Assembly: GCA_038227875.1 (NCBI GenBank)
Contig: JBBRPR010000012.1
Coordinates: 125,619 to 189,618, forward strand
From: Planctomycetota bacterium
GTDB taxonomy: Bacteria; Planctomycetota; SZUA-567; H5-PLA8
Length of the DNA stretch: 64,000 nucleotides
Direction: 5' to 3'
Shown: piece after piece, positions 1 through 9,666 of the stretch
How positions within the stretch are numbered: the stretch's first letter is position 1
How the letters are laid out: each line of letters opens with the position of its first letter
Made by a program: the position numbers and the translations under genes
Notes under the pieces: generated by a model
The model's database searches: none
What the model saw: the letters and a program-made list of their open reading frames with translations, nothing else
Told to the model about the DNA's origin: nothing

Positions 1-1296
1 TGGCTCCACCGCGTGCCGGCGAACATCGAATACATCCTGTCTGCGCTGATCGTACTGCTGGCGCTGCGCCTGCTTAAACGCCCGGGCGCCGGACGCGGCA
101 TTGCGTTGAGCTCCGTTCTCGCGCTTTCCGTCTACGTGCGCATCTTTGTCGCCGTGGCGTGGGCACCAGTGATCGCGTGCGTTGTGCTGTGGCTCGTGGC
201 GGGACGGCGGCAGCGATTCTCCGCCGGCGCGGCGATGTTCGCCGTCTTCGCGCTGCTGGTCACGCCCTGGGTGCTTGACGTGCAGGCCAATCGCGCATCG
301 CCGGTGTTCACAGAATTCGTGGCGCGCTGCTTCGTGGATCTGCCGTACCAGATCATGCCAATGATGGGACTGTACGTTGGCGCGGCTGTACTCCTTTTCG
401 TTCTGGGTTTGTTCGTCGCGGATCGCTTTCGACCACTGATTACGATGGGCGCGCTCGTCCTGCTGGCGTTGCCATTTGTCGGCGGGCTGCTGCCATACTC
501 CAGCGAAGTGCTGAAATCCGATCGTTTCGGCCAGTTTTATTGGATCGCCCTGGCCGCAGCGGCAATCGTGAGCGTTGGTGCGTACGCCGTGAACACGCGC
601 TGCGAAGTCAAAGTGCTCGCGTGGCCGCTTTGCGCGCTGGCCATCATCGCGTCGACGGCGCTGACGCTTCACAATTACCATTACGATTTCATGCTTGAAG
701 TGGAGAGCCCGTACCGCAACGTGGCGACCGATCAGAATTACCTCACCGCGTACCACTGGATCCGCGATCACGTCAGTGACGATGCGCTGTTTCTGGTCGA
801 TGACGGTTACGATTGGGCGCTGGCTTTCGACGGCTCAACGGAGCTCGACGAAACCGCGCCGGACAACACGCAGATGCTGACCAAGGCCGATCTGTTCCAG
901 TTGGTTGCGCGCCGCAAGCGCGTCTACAACGAGCACGTGAAGTACAGCGGACTGTCATACGATCAGTACATGAAGCTGATGATCGCCCACCGCGGCACTC
1001 TGGGATTTCCATTCAAGATCGGTCTCTACGACAGCACGCTGATGAACGTCTGGCCCACGCACATTCTCTGGCGCAAACTGCCGCTCAACCCCATCTCCGC
1101 GGCTGAAGTTCCGCGCGGCTTCGGTGTGCAGTTGAAGAAATTCCGGCATGTCGTGTACCAGGATGAATTTTGCGAAGTCTGGGAATTGAATTTCGCGATG
1201 ACGCGCCCGATTTACCGCGGCCCCACGCACCCGCTGCCCGACGTGGGCAAACCGGTGACCCGTGCGCCGTTCGATCCGTTCTATATGCAGCGGTAA
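1..1296 (+). CDS. Polytopic membrane protein with C-terminal soluble domain, 5'-truncated by window edge (possible GT-C-like glycosyltransferase)
   Basis: Frame is open from base 1; about 7 hydrophobic segments followed by a YHWIRDH..DDALFL soluble domain typical of membrane glycosyltransferase-like proteins. Confidence 0.55.
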   Translation, partial: WLHRVPANIEYILSALIVLLALRLLKRPGAGRGIALSSVLALSVYVRIFVAVAWAPVIACVVLWLVAGRRQRFSAGAAMFAVFALLVTPWVLDVQANRASPVFTEFVARCFVDLPYQIMPMMGLYVGAAVLLFVLGLFVADRFRPLITMGALVLLALPFVGGLLPYSSEVLKSDRFGQFYWIALAAAAIVSVGAYAVNTRCEVKVLAWPLCALAIIASTALTLHNYHYDFMLEVESPYRNVATDQNYLTAYHWIRDHVSDDALFLVDDGYDWALAFDGSTELDETAPDNTQMLTKADLFQLVARRKRVYNEHVKYSGLSYDQYMKLMIAHRGTLGFPFKIGLYDSTLMNVWPTHILWRKLPLNPISAAEVPRGFGVQLKKFRHVVYQDEFCEVWELNFAMTRPIYRGPTHPLPDVGKPVTRAPFDPFYMQR

Positions 1297-1372
1297 GGTG
1301 TTGTCGTGCTTTGACTTTCCCAGCCGTTGGAACTACAAGCGAGTCACGTTCATCCGGTCTGCGAGGCGGCTT

Positions 1373-2368
1373 ATGCGGTTGCTGCGACTCTTCCTTTTAG
1401 TGCTTCCCTTTACGCTCGCGTTTGATGCCGCATGCGCGGCCGACGCTCCGGGCCCGACGCCGCCCAAGGAAATTCCCAAAGACGAACCGATCGATCCGGA
1501 CGTGCTCCATAAAGTTCATAAGCTGATCCGCGGCACGCTCTCCTCCGATGACAAGGAACGCGAGAAGGCGTGGAACGACATCCGCGACATGGGCAACCTC
1601 GCAGTGCCGGGACTGATCGGCGTCTACCGCCAGAAAACCACGACGCCGGAAGAAGTGCGCTCGATCCTGCTGGCGCTGGGCGATTCGAAAGATCCGCGCG
1701 CCGGTCCGGCTCTGGCCGAGCTGCTGACGTCGACGGACAAAAGCGTCCGCCGCGACGCCGCGCGCGCGATGGGCGACAGCGGTTACAAGGGCGGTATTCC
1801 GGCGCTGGAAAAAGTGGCAAAGGATGTGAAGGAAGACGAAGATGTGCGCCTCTTCGCAGCCTCGGCGGCGGCGAAGCTGGGGAGCACGGACGCGCTGAAG
1901 GTGTTGTCCGATCTGGCCAAGTCGACGCGTCCGGAAATCCGCTCGCGCGCGATTTTTGCCATCGGGAAAAATGGCGGGGTCGCGCACGTCGCGGAAATCG
2001 AGAAGGCGCTGGAAGACACTGACGCCAGCGTGCGCGAAGATGCCGTCGAAGCCTTGCGGCTGCTGGGCAAGGAGCCGGTCTGGCCCGGCTTGATCAAGGC
2101 GACGTCGGACACCGACTACAAAATCCGCGGCGCCGCGATGGATGCGCTGCGGCAATTGACCAGGCAGAAATTCGACAACGATCCAAAGAAGTGGCAGGAG
2201 TGGTTCAAAAACGGCGCCAAGCCGCCGGAAACTCCGAAAGCCGACGACGAAAAAAGTGATGACACAGTGAAACCACTGAAAGAAAAAGCCAAGTCGCGCG
2301 ACAAGACGGATGAGCCCAAAAGCGACGATGGCATGGACAGCACTGAAAAAGATGGCAAGGACGACTAA
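1373..2368 (+). CDS. Exported HEAT-repeat protein
   Basis: ATG 1373 gives a signal peptide (MRLLRLFLLVLPF..AACAA); repeated VRRDAARAMG / VREDAVEAL / IRGAAMDAL HEAT motifs; acidic/lysine tail. Confidence 0.8.
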   Translation: MRLLRLFLLVLPFTLAFDAACAADAPGPTPPKEIPKDEPIDPDVLHKVHKLIRGTLSSDDKEREKAWNDIRDMGNLAVPGLIGVYRQKTTTPEEVRSILLALGDSKDPRAGPALAELLTSTDKSVRRDAARAMGDSGYKGGIPALEKVAKDVKEDEDVRLFAASAAAKLGSTDALKVLSDLAKSTRPEIRSRAIFAIGKNGGVAHVAEIEKALEDTDASVREDAVEALRLLGKEPVWPGLIKATSDTDYKIRGAAMDALRQLTRQKFDNDPKKWQEWFKNGAKPPETPKADDEKSDDTVKPLKEKAKSRDKTDEPKSDDGMDSTEKDGKDD

Positions 2369-2389
2369 ATGAGCTCAAGGATTCACACA

Positions 2390-3571
2390 ATGAATAGCCG
2401 GATCGTCGCTGCGTTATGCGTGGCGCTGTTTCTCGCCAGCGGCCTGCGTGCGGCGGACATCAACGTCACCGTTGTGAGCGTGGAGGGCGAAGAGAAGGCG
2501 GCGGTGCTGCAGGGCATCGCAGAGGGCGGCTTCAAGCTCGCTTCCGGTGTCGTCGCGGCCAAGGATGTCGCGGAGATCCGCTTCGCGGCGACGTCGGGCG
2601 CGGACAGCGCGAAGCCAACTCTTTTTCTGCGCAACGGCGATCAACTGCGTGTTGCGGTGCTCACGGGAAATGACGCGAGCGTGAAAGTGAAGAGCGAAGC
2701 GCTGGGCGAATTGACGGTCGACAACAAGTTTGTCGACGGCTTTATCTTTCCGCAGAAGGATGCGCTTTCCACTGACACGATCGACGGATTTCTGAAATCG
2801 CCGCTGACCGAAGATTTGCTGCTGATGCCCAAGGGCGAAATCACCAAGGGAGCGTACGAAAAGCTGACCGAGAAGGATTTGAATTTCAACGTCGAGAAAC
2901 AGTCGAAGACGTACACGTTCGATCAGGTTGCCGGTCTGCGGCTGGTGCCGCTGGATGAATACAAAGCGCCGTCGGATCTGCGCGCGACGATCAACCTCGC
3001 GGAAGGTTCGCGGCTGACCGGCAAGCTGCAGAGCTTGGACGCCGGTGTGCTGGCGTTTGAGGGCATCGACGGCAAGCCGTGGAAAGTTCCGGCCGCGGCG
3101 ATTAAAAGCATCGCGTTCAAGGGCGGCAATCTCGCGTACGTGTCGGACCTGACGCCGAAAGCCATCGAAGAGAAACCCTATGTCGGTGGCGTGCCGCTGC
3201 TCTACCACTGGCGGCGCGATCAGTCGGTGGCCGGCCGGCCGCTCTCAATCGGCGGCAAGACGTTCGACAAGGGCGTTGGCGTCCACAGCTACACCAAACT
3301 GACCTACGAACTTGGTGGCCAGTACGCAAAGTTCCTCGCTTCGGTCGGCATCGATTCGAGCGCACCACAGACGGGATTCTGCGCGTGGAAAGTGTCCGTC
3401 GATGGCAAGGAAGCGGCCGCCGGCGTCTGCAAAGCCAACGAAGCCGCGAAGCTCGTCAAGCTGGACGTGAAAGACGCGAAGGAATTGGAACTGGTCTGCG
3501 ATTACGGCCCCGATGAAGACGACGCCGGCGATCACCTCGATTGGGGTAACGCGCGGCTGATCAAGCCGTGA
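2390..3571 (+). CDS. Exported protein with C-terminal NPCBM/NEW2 domain
   Basis: AAGGA upstream of ATG 2390; signal peptide; C-terminal GRPLSIGGKTFDKGVGVHS..LTYEL..FLASVGID..GDHLDWGNARL is an NPCBM signature. Confidence 0.8.
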   Translation: MNSRIVAALCVALFLASGLRAADINVTVVSVEGEEKAAVLQGIAEGGFKLASGVVAAKDVAEIRFAATSGADSAKPTLFLRNGDQLRVAVLTGNDASVKVKSEALGELTVDNKFVDGFIFPQKDALSTDTIDGFLKSPLTEDLLLMPKGEITKGAYEKLTEKDLNFNVEKQSKTYTFDQVAGLRLVPLDEYKAPSDLRATINLAEGSRLTGKLQSLDAGVLAFEGIDGKPWKVPAAAIKSIAFKGGNLAYVSDLTPKAIEEKPYVGGVPLLYHWRRDQSVAGRPLSIGGKTFDKGVGVHSYTKLTYELGGQYAKFLASVGIDSSAPQTGFCAWKVSVDGKEAAAGVCKANEAAKLVKLDVKDAKELELVCDYGPDEDDAGDHLDWGNARLIKP

Positions 3572-4563
3572 CCGACCTGAAGCACACCCTCGTCATCCGC
3601 CCCGGCGCGCTGGGCGACTCCGTGCTCACGCTGCCGGCGCTCCACGCCTTGCGGCTGGCCGGCGCGGAAAATCTGCTGGTACTCGGCACGCCGGCGAGCT
3701 GGGGTTTCGTCCGCCAGGACCACAACGGCCTGCGCGTCCGCGATTTTGCCTCGAGCGAGTGGCTGGGCCTGTTTTCGGAGAGCGCGCTGTTCGGCGAATG
3801 CGCCCGCGCCGCGCTGAGCAAGATTCATTCGGCCATCGTGTATCTGTCCGGCGACACCACTTCCGCCGAGCGCGCGCTCAAAGCGCATGGCGTCCAGAAC
3901 GTGATCACGATTCCGCCGCCGCTGGCGGCTGGACACGAGAACGCGCCGCATGCGTCGCGGCAATTGACGAATGGATTGTCGCCCTGGATTTCGGCGGAGA
4001 GCATCGAGCAGTGTCACGCAGTTCACGACGCCGCGCACGATTGCTTCCTCATACTCGATGAGATGGAGAAGCACCGCGCGATGTACGGCATCGGCCTGGA
4101 TGCCGCTCCCGCTGGCGGATTCGTGGCGATGCATCCCGGAAGCGGCGGGATGAAAAAATGCTGGTCGCCGCAGCGCTTCGCGCGCATGGCCGTCGAACTG
4201 TCCTGCCATGATGGCGTCGTACCGCTGGTATTTTTCGGACCGGCTGATGAGTCGACGCGCGACGCCTTCGAAGCCGCGATGCCGCCGGGCGTCGAGTGGC
4301 AGCCCGTCGAATCGCGGCCGTTGCGGGAAGTGCTGGCGCTGCTGAGCCTCTCTCGGGGCTTCATCGGCAACGATTCCGGCGTAAGCCACCTCGCCGCGCG
4401 CGTCTGTCCAACGCTGACGATTTTCGGCCCAAGCAACCGCGACGTCTGGAGTCCAATCGGCGCGCGCGTGAGGATCGTGCAGGCACCCGACGGCCGCCTG
4501 GACAGTTTGAGCGTCGACGCCGTGCAGGAAGCGTGGGCGGAGCTCGCCGCGCTGAACGCGTAG
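3568..4563 (+). CDS. Glycosyltransferase family 9 (ADP-heptose:LPS heptosyltransferase-like)
   Basis: IRPGALGDSVLTLP, HPGSGG..KCW, FIGNDSGVSHLAA, TIFGPS motifs; GTGA overlap with the upstream stop. Confidence 0.9.
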   Translation: MTDLKHTLVIRPGALGDSVLTLPALHALRLAGAENLLVLGTPASWGFVRQDHNGLRVRDFASSEWLGLFSESALFGECARAALSKIHSAIVYLSGDTTSAERALKAHGVQNVITIPPPLAAGHENAPHASRQLTNGLSPWISAESIEQCHAVHDAAHDCFLILDEMEKHRAMYGIGLDAAPAGGFVAMHPGSGGMKKCWSPQRFARMAVELSCHDGVVPLVFFGPADESTRDAFEAAMPPGVEWQPVESRPLREVLALLSLSRGFIGNDSGVSHLAARVCPTLTIFGPSNRDVWSPIGARVRIVQAPDGRLDSLSVDAVQEAWAELAALNA

Positions 4564-4570
4564 CGCGCCG

Positions 4571-4736
4571 TTTGTAGTCCGGGCGGCTCGCCCGGAATCA
4601 CAGATTCAGTGACAAAAACTGAATTCGTTCGATGGACGTTGTCGCTCGCGAAGCCACTCATTTTGCTATCGCGATAGATGGCGAAATGGTTTTTGACTCT
4701 CGTTAATTTCTCCGGGCGGGCCGACCGGACTACAAA
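4571..4736. repeat. REP doublet (REPIN-like inverted pair), GTAG-type
   Basis: TTTGTAGTCCGGGCGGCTCGCCCGGA (4571-4596) and an inverted copy at 4711-4736 with 2 mismatches in 26; each arm is a GTAG tetranucleotide plus hairpin. Confidence 0.8.
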
Positions 4737-4780
4737 GGCCACGTCTTCCCAGCACCATTCAAAACAACTATACTGCGTCC

Positions 4781-7108
4781 GTGAACACAGTTGAAGATTC
4801 CGCCAGTACGCATCCGCATCCCGACTACCCTTTCTTGCGCGGGCTGGTCTGCCTGTCGTTCGTGAGCGTGGTGATCGGCTGCCTCGTCGGCGCGGAGTCG
4901 AACACAGGCCGCTGGATCGTGTTGATTTCGCTGGGCGCGGGAGTTCTCGCGACGCTCGCGCATCTGCTGGAAATGCTGACGCGCCGGCTGCGTACGCGGA
5001 CGGCGGAGTTCCTCGGCCTGCTCGCCGCGTTTTCGATTCTCCTGGTTCTCTTTTCGAATTCCGGAGCGCTTTTCGGCGGCGTTCCGGCGGAGGGCGCGGC
5101 GCGTTCGCACACGATTGTTCCGCTCGCGGCGACGCTGTTGGTGTTGCTACTCCGCGCGACGGTACTGGCGCGCTGCTCGGCACCGTTTCTGCCGCTCGGA
5201 CTGGCGCGCACGATCACGCTCAAAGGACGCGGCGTGTTGTTGAAGGACGAGATCGTCGTTCCGCCACGCTGGATCTACGCGCTCTACTGGTTCTCGCCGG
5301 TCGGCTGGTGGCTGCTGGGCACGCTGCTGATCGTGAGCCACACGCTCGCCGTGGAATCGTGGCTGATGCTGGCGGCGATCGGCGTTCTCGCCTGCGCGCT
5401 GGCCGTGCGCACGCTGCTGGGTCTGGCGGCGTGGATCAAGGCCTACAAAGCGTGGCGCGAAGCGAAGTCCGGCGACGACCACGCGCTCGCGCGGGAGGCG
5501 CGGTGGAATTTGGGATTCAATGGATTGACGTTGGGCGGGTTGGTGGTGTTTTATGCGTTCGCGGTGGCGGGGAATCGATTTTTAGATGAGGCGATGGATA
5601 AATTGGAGGATTCGAGATTCGAGCAGGTTGTTATGGAGCTTGTCCGCCTCAACCCACCACCCAAATTAACGGGGCTATCACCAGGACATCTTTATAGCCA
5701 GGCAATTCCTTATGACCCCAAACCAGGAAACGAACATATCTTTGATCGAGCATGGGCGACCCCCGGCGCTGCCATTCACAATCGATGGTGCAGCGGTGTG
5801 CTAAGGAACTTGCCGAGTGATAGTTCCGGACCTACAGAATATTTTGCAACACCTGATTATGGTCTTCCTTACAGCGAAGATTACAGGCAAACAGTTGCCA
5901 GTGATCTGATCCTGCTAGAGCGTTTTGCCGCAGAAGTTGGAAACTGGGACGGAATGACTAAGGACACGCGTGTGGCGCTGACAATGGCTCGCCATACGCG
6001 TGAATGTCCTTTGCTTCATCGGTGGGAACTTGGATGCGCGATTGCTCATCAATCCTTGATGGGCTTGGTGGCGACCATCTTCTGGACCGAAAATTTTTCT
6101 CCACCTGATACGACACTTGAAATTGCGCAAAAAATAATTCGAGAGCACTTGGAAGATCGCGGATGTTCCTTGATCTGGCATGCCCAAGTGAACGCACTGC
6201 AACGTCTGGAATCAATGCACTGGTCGCGAATATTACGGGATAAGCCAAGCGGAGATCTCTCGTTTTCAGAATTGATTAAGTGCCGGCCGATTTCGACCTG
6301 GCGTAAACAAAATAATTTTTACCGGTTCACACACGAAGTACTTCCTGACTACGAACACGGCTATCTCGAAGTCCAACGTTACGACCTGCTCGAACGCGCG
6401 CGCAAGTTTGGGGATTGCGATGCGTATTGCGATATTCCGCAGGAGCTCCCGGAGTACGTCGATCTCGAACTGAAAACGATCTGCGAATTCCGCATGACCG
6501 ACGCGGCTATTGCCGTCGCGCGGTACAAGAATAAGTATCATTACTGGCCGCAGACGCTCCAGGATTGCGTGCCGGAATTTCTGCCGCTCGTGCCGGCGGA
6601 TCCGTTCAATCCGAAAGATACTCTGAAGTTCGCGGTGGAACCGGCGCGCATCTACAGCCTCGGGCATGCGACGGGGTATCATCCGGAAAATCACGGCGGC
6701 TATCCGTTCACTTCGCGCGTGTTGATGAACGACGTCTTTGAGCGCGACAATCTCGTGCTGTTTCTCGGCAACCCCGGCGTTTTCCGCGCGCTGCCGGATG
6801 GTGCGCCGGAACTGCCGGGCGTCGACATTCCCGGTGAGATTGCCAATCTCAAGAGTGCCGTCGTCGAAGACCGCCGCGCGGCGTTGCGGCGCTTGTCGCG
6901 CGTCGGCGCGAAGGCCGCGCCGGGCGTCGACGCGCTACTTCCGCTGCTCACCGACGCGGATGTCGAGCAGCGGATGTACGCGGCGTACATTCTTGGGCGC
7001 TGCGGCGTGAAGTCGGACGCGGTGCTCTCGGCGCTCCGCGCGGCGCGGCTGGACGCGGAAGCGGACGTGCGGTTTTTTGCAAGACAGGCGCTGCGTAAGC
7101 TGGAGTAG
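4781..7108 (+). CDS. Membrane protein with periplasmic domain, pseudopilin/GspG-like motif and C-terminal HEAT repeats
   Basis: About 7 N-terminal TM segments; AVARYKNKYHYWPQTLQDCVPEFLPLVPADPF..RIYSLG motif; terminal HEAT repeats (RRAALRRL, RMYAAYILG, VRFFARQAL). Confidence 0.65.
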   Translation: MNTVEDSASTHPHPDYPFLRGLVCLSFVSVVIGCLVGAESNTGRWIVLISLGAGVLATLAHLLEMLTRRLRTRTAEFLGLLAAFSILLVLFSNSGALFGGVPAEGAARSHTIVPLAATLLVLLLRATVLARCSAPFLPLGLARTITLKGRGVLLKDEIVVPPRWIYALYWFSPVGWWLLGTLLIVSHTLAVESWLMLAAIGVLACALAVRTLLGLAAWIKAYKAWREAKSGDDHALAREARWNLGFNGLTLGGLVVFYAFAVAGNRFLDEAMDKLEDSRFEQVVMELVRLNPPPKLTGLSPGHLYSQAIPYDPKPGNEHIFDRAWATPGAAIHNRWCSGVLRNLPSDSSGPTEYFATPDYGLPYSEDYRQTVASDLILLERFAAEVGNWDGMTKDTRVALTMARHTRECPLLHRWELGCAIAHQSLMGLVATIFWTENFSPPDTTLEIAQKIIREHLEDRGCSLIWHAQVNALQRLESMHWSRILRDKPSGDLSFSELIKCRPISTWRKQNNFYRFTHEVLPDYEHGYLEVQRYDLLERARKFGDCDAYCDIPQELPEYVDLELKTICEFRMTDAAIAVARYKNKYHYWPQTLQDCVPEFLPLVPADPFNPKDTLKFAVEPARIYSLGHATGYHPENHGGYPFTSRVLMNDVFERDNLVLFLGNPGVFRALPDGAPELPGVDIPGEIANLKSAVVEDRRAALRRLSRVGAKAAPGVDALLPLLTDADVEQRMYAAYILGRCGVKSDAVLSALRAARLDAEADVRFFARQALRKLE

Positions 7109-7112
7109 TTTA

Positions 7113-7226
7113 GTGGTCCGGGCGTCCCGCCCGGTCAGCGAAGGACTCGCACGTCTTTCAAGATTAGTATGGTCGGGATGAAGGATTGCACATTTCCAAG
7201 ATGACCGGGCGGGACGCCCGGACCAC
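7113..7226. repeat. REP doublet (REPIN-like inverted pair)
   Basis: GTGGTCCGGGCGTCCCGCCCGGTCA (7113-7137) and its perfect reverse complement at 7202-7226; related to the 4571-4736 pair. Confidence 0.85.
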
Positions 7227-7273
7227 GAAAACGCCTCGCAAAAAACGGCGCGGGAAATCATAATCGAAAAGCG

Positions 7274-8791
7274 ATGAAAGACTTTTACTTCAGCTCTGCC
7301 GTCAATCCGCTGGCCGCGCGCCGGTCGCTCATTTCGCTCCAGGGGCATCGCGTGCCGCTGCCGGGCGCGTCGTCGTACGAGCCGATGCTGCGCGGCTGCA
7401 ATCAGGTCGAGTGGCTCGAGCAACTCGTCCGTATGGGACTGCGCCACCTGATCGTGCCGCTCAACGGACCAGAAGAGGACACCTGCCTCTTCGCGCGCCG
7501 GCATCCCGGCTGGGCCATTCGGTCCGGCGAGAGCACGATCATGCCGAAGATCGAAATTCCCGATGCGACTGGGCCGACTGCCGCGCCCGCCGCAACAGTC
7601 GATCCGGCAGCGCCAAAACCTGTCGCTCGTCCGGCGAAGAAAAAGGCCACGACGGAAGTGCTCTACGATCTGCAGCACCGCGACGAGGGCGCGTTCACGC
7701 GCATCCAGTTCCTGCTCAGCGCGGCGCAGAGCGCCGGGGTGATGGTCGGCTTTACCCTCTTCAACGTCTGGCCGGCGAACAATCCAGGTCCGCTCCACCG
7801 CGGCGCAAATGTGCAGGGCATCGCGCTCGAGGATCTGCTCCGCCCGCAGAAAAAGCAACAGGCGGCCGATCAGCTCGCGGCGCTGGAAGCGGCGATGGCG
7901 CCGTGCATCGACTGGATCGCGGCGGAGATCCGCGGCCGCGCGGCGGTCTGGGTGCAAGCCTTCCGCGGACTGCCCGATATCGATCCGACGCCCGAGGAAA
8001 GTTTCGAGCCCCTGCGGCAGATCGAATTCAATCTCACGAAGAAACTGGCGACCGGATTGACGCGTCCTGCCGAAGACGCCGCGAAAGCGCGCTCCGGGCC
8101 GTGGGTAGTCACCCGCGCGGATTTCAACTGGAGCGGCATGGACACCGCGCACCGCGCGCCGTTCGATATGTGTCGCGAATTGCTCGTCGACAATCAGAAC
8201 GTGGGGCGCGTCTGCAGCGCCGACGACTTTTTACTTCCTGAATCGCCGCTGATTGAACTACCAGCAATTGAGCAGCGGCGGCCGGCGTTGTGCAGTTACG
8301 TCATGTCGGATCGCGACGAGTACAAATCGATGCGCCGGTTTGCGCAGTCGCGGTTGTGGCGTTCGGCAGTGAGCGGGAAGTGGCCGATCGTGCCCGGCGG
8401 ATTTGAGAAGGGGAACAAGCGCCATTGGTTTTTCAGCGCGAAGATGGCGGAATTTTTCAAGCAGTGGGCAGGGAAGGGGTACTTCCGCCCCGCGCCGGAA
8501 ATTCTTGAAGCGGCGACGACGCGCAACCGTATGACGCCGGCGGCGGGTACCGACGGCTGCGGACGCTACTTCGTGTTTTTCGAAGAGACTCCGAAGCGCG
8601 GCGTCGAAGTTTCAATTCCGCCCGGCTGCTACCGCTTTTACTGGCTCGACCCCACCAACGGCCGCGCGATGGATATCGGCGAAGGGCTTCCCGGCGGCCC
8701 GCACTGCCGCGTGCCGGAAGTCGCGACGGAAATGCCGGCACTGCTGGTCGTCGAGCAGGAAGAACTGCCGGACCCCTTGTCCGTCTGGTAA
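7274..8791 (+). CDS. Hypothetical protein, degenerate glycoside-hydrolase-like barrel with C-terminal beta-sandwich (collagen-binding-like) domain
   Basis: YDL..RDEGAFTRIQFLLSAAQSAGVMVGFTLFN resembles DUF4038/DUF6298-type GH-like proteins; C-terminal PGCYRFYWLDPTNG motif. Confidence 0.5.
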   Translation: MKDFYFSSAVNPLAARRSLISLQGHRVPLPGASSYEPMLRGCNQVEWLEQLVRMGLRHLIVPLNGPEEDTCLFARRHPGWAIRSGESTIMPKIEIPDATGPTAAPAATVDPAAPKPVARPAKKKATTEVLYDLQHRDEGAFTRIQFLLSAAQSAGVMVGFTLFNVWPANNPGPLHRGANVQGIALEDLLRPQKKQQAADQLAALEAAMAPCIDWIAAEIRGRAAVWVQAFRGLPDIDPTPEESFEPLRQIEFNLTKKLATGLTRPAEDAAKARSGPWVVTRADFNWSGMDTAHRAPFDMCRELLVDNQNVGRVCSADDFLLPESPLIELPAIEQRRPALCSYVMSDRDEYKSMRRFAQSRLWRSAVSGKWPIVPGGFEKGNKRHWFFSAKMAEFFKQWAGKGYFRPAPEILEAATTRNRMTPAAGTDGCGRYFVFFEETPKRGVEVSIPPGCYRFYWLDPTNGRAMDIGEGLPGGPHCRVPEVATEMPALLVVEQEELPDPLSVW

Positions 8792-8831
8792 CCCTGTAAC
8801 GAATTCGTGACAGGGTGACTACTTTTAACCA

Positions 8832-8848
8832 GGTATTAATTTAATACC
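8832..8848. terminator. Short AT-rich hairpin between convergent genes
   Basis: GGTATTAA-T-TTAATACC between stops at 8791 (+) and 8851 (-). Confidence 0.3.
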
Positions 8849-8850
8849 GG

Positions 8851-9666
8851 TCAGCTTCCCGTCGAACGGTAATGCCGCACGCCGAGCTTCCAAATCTGCA
8901 GCGCGACAATCAGGAAGATCACGCCGATCAGCGGAGATGCGGCTTGGAAGGCGACGCTGGTGCCGAGTTCTTCGTGACGTTCCAGAATTACGTGCGCAGG
9001 GAAATAGTTGATGCAGGCCAGCGGCACGACGTACGTAAAAATCGCGCGGAACCACGGTTGATAAAACGTCAGCGGAAATTGCGTGGTCTCGACGCCGCCG
9101 TAAGTGACAGTGTTGAAAAGCTCCAAGGATTCCGTCGTCCAGAACGAGACAGTGGCGTAGAGCACAAACAATCCCGTGAAGAGGCAGACGCCGCCGAAAA
9201 TCGCCGCGAGCAGCAGCAGAATTTTGGCGGCGCTCCACGCGATGCTCAGGTTCGCAATCGACCAGATAAGCACGAGCAGTCCCTGCGCGAGTTTGCCGAC
9301 GCGCATGAGTTGAAATTCGAGACCGAAAATCTGCAGGATCGTGCTGCGGGGCCGCAGGAGCAGCGTGTCGAATTGGCCGCCCTTGACCATCGGCGGAAAA
9401 ATGTCGAAGCCGCGGCCGAACATCTCGGCGATGGCGAAGGCCGTGTTGACGATGCCATAAAATAAGCCCACCTCAGCGAGCGTCCAGCCGCGCACATTTC
9501 CAAAGCGATTAAAGAGCGCCCAGATGCTGACGAAGGTGATGACGTTGAGCAAGAAATGCCCGAGCGTGGTCATCGCGAACGAGGCGCGGTACTGCAGCTG
9601 GCTGCGGATCGAGACGCCGGCGTAGCGAAAATAGAGTTTCAGTGCGTTTAGCATGTATTCAGCCAC
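8851..9666 (-). CDS. ABC-2 family transporter permease
   Basis: SQLQYRASF, GQFDTLLLRP, QFPLTFY..YFP motifs; 6 TM segments; operon with ATPase. Confidence 0.9.
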   Translation of the reverse strand: MAEYMLNALKLYFRYAGVSIRSQLQYRASFAMTTLGHFLLNVITFVSIWALFNRFGNVRGWTLAEVGLFYGIVNTAFAIAEMFGRGFDIFPPMVKGGQFDTLLLRPRSTILQIFGLEFQLMRVGKLAQGLLVLIWSIANLSIAWSAAKILLLLAAIFGGVCLFTGLFVLYATVSFWTTESLELFNTVTYGGVETTQFPLTFYQPWFRAIFTYVVPLACINYFPAHVILERHEELGTSVAFQAASPLIGVIFLIVALQIWKLGVRHYRSTGS

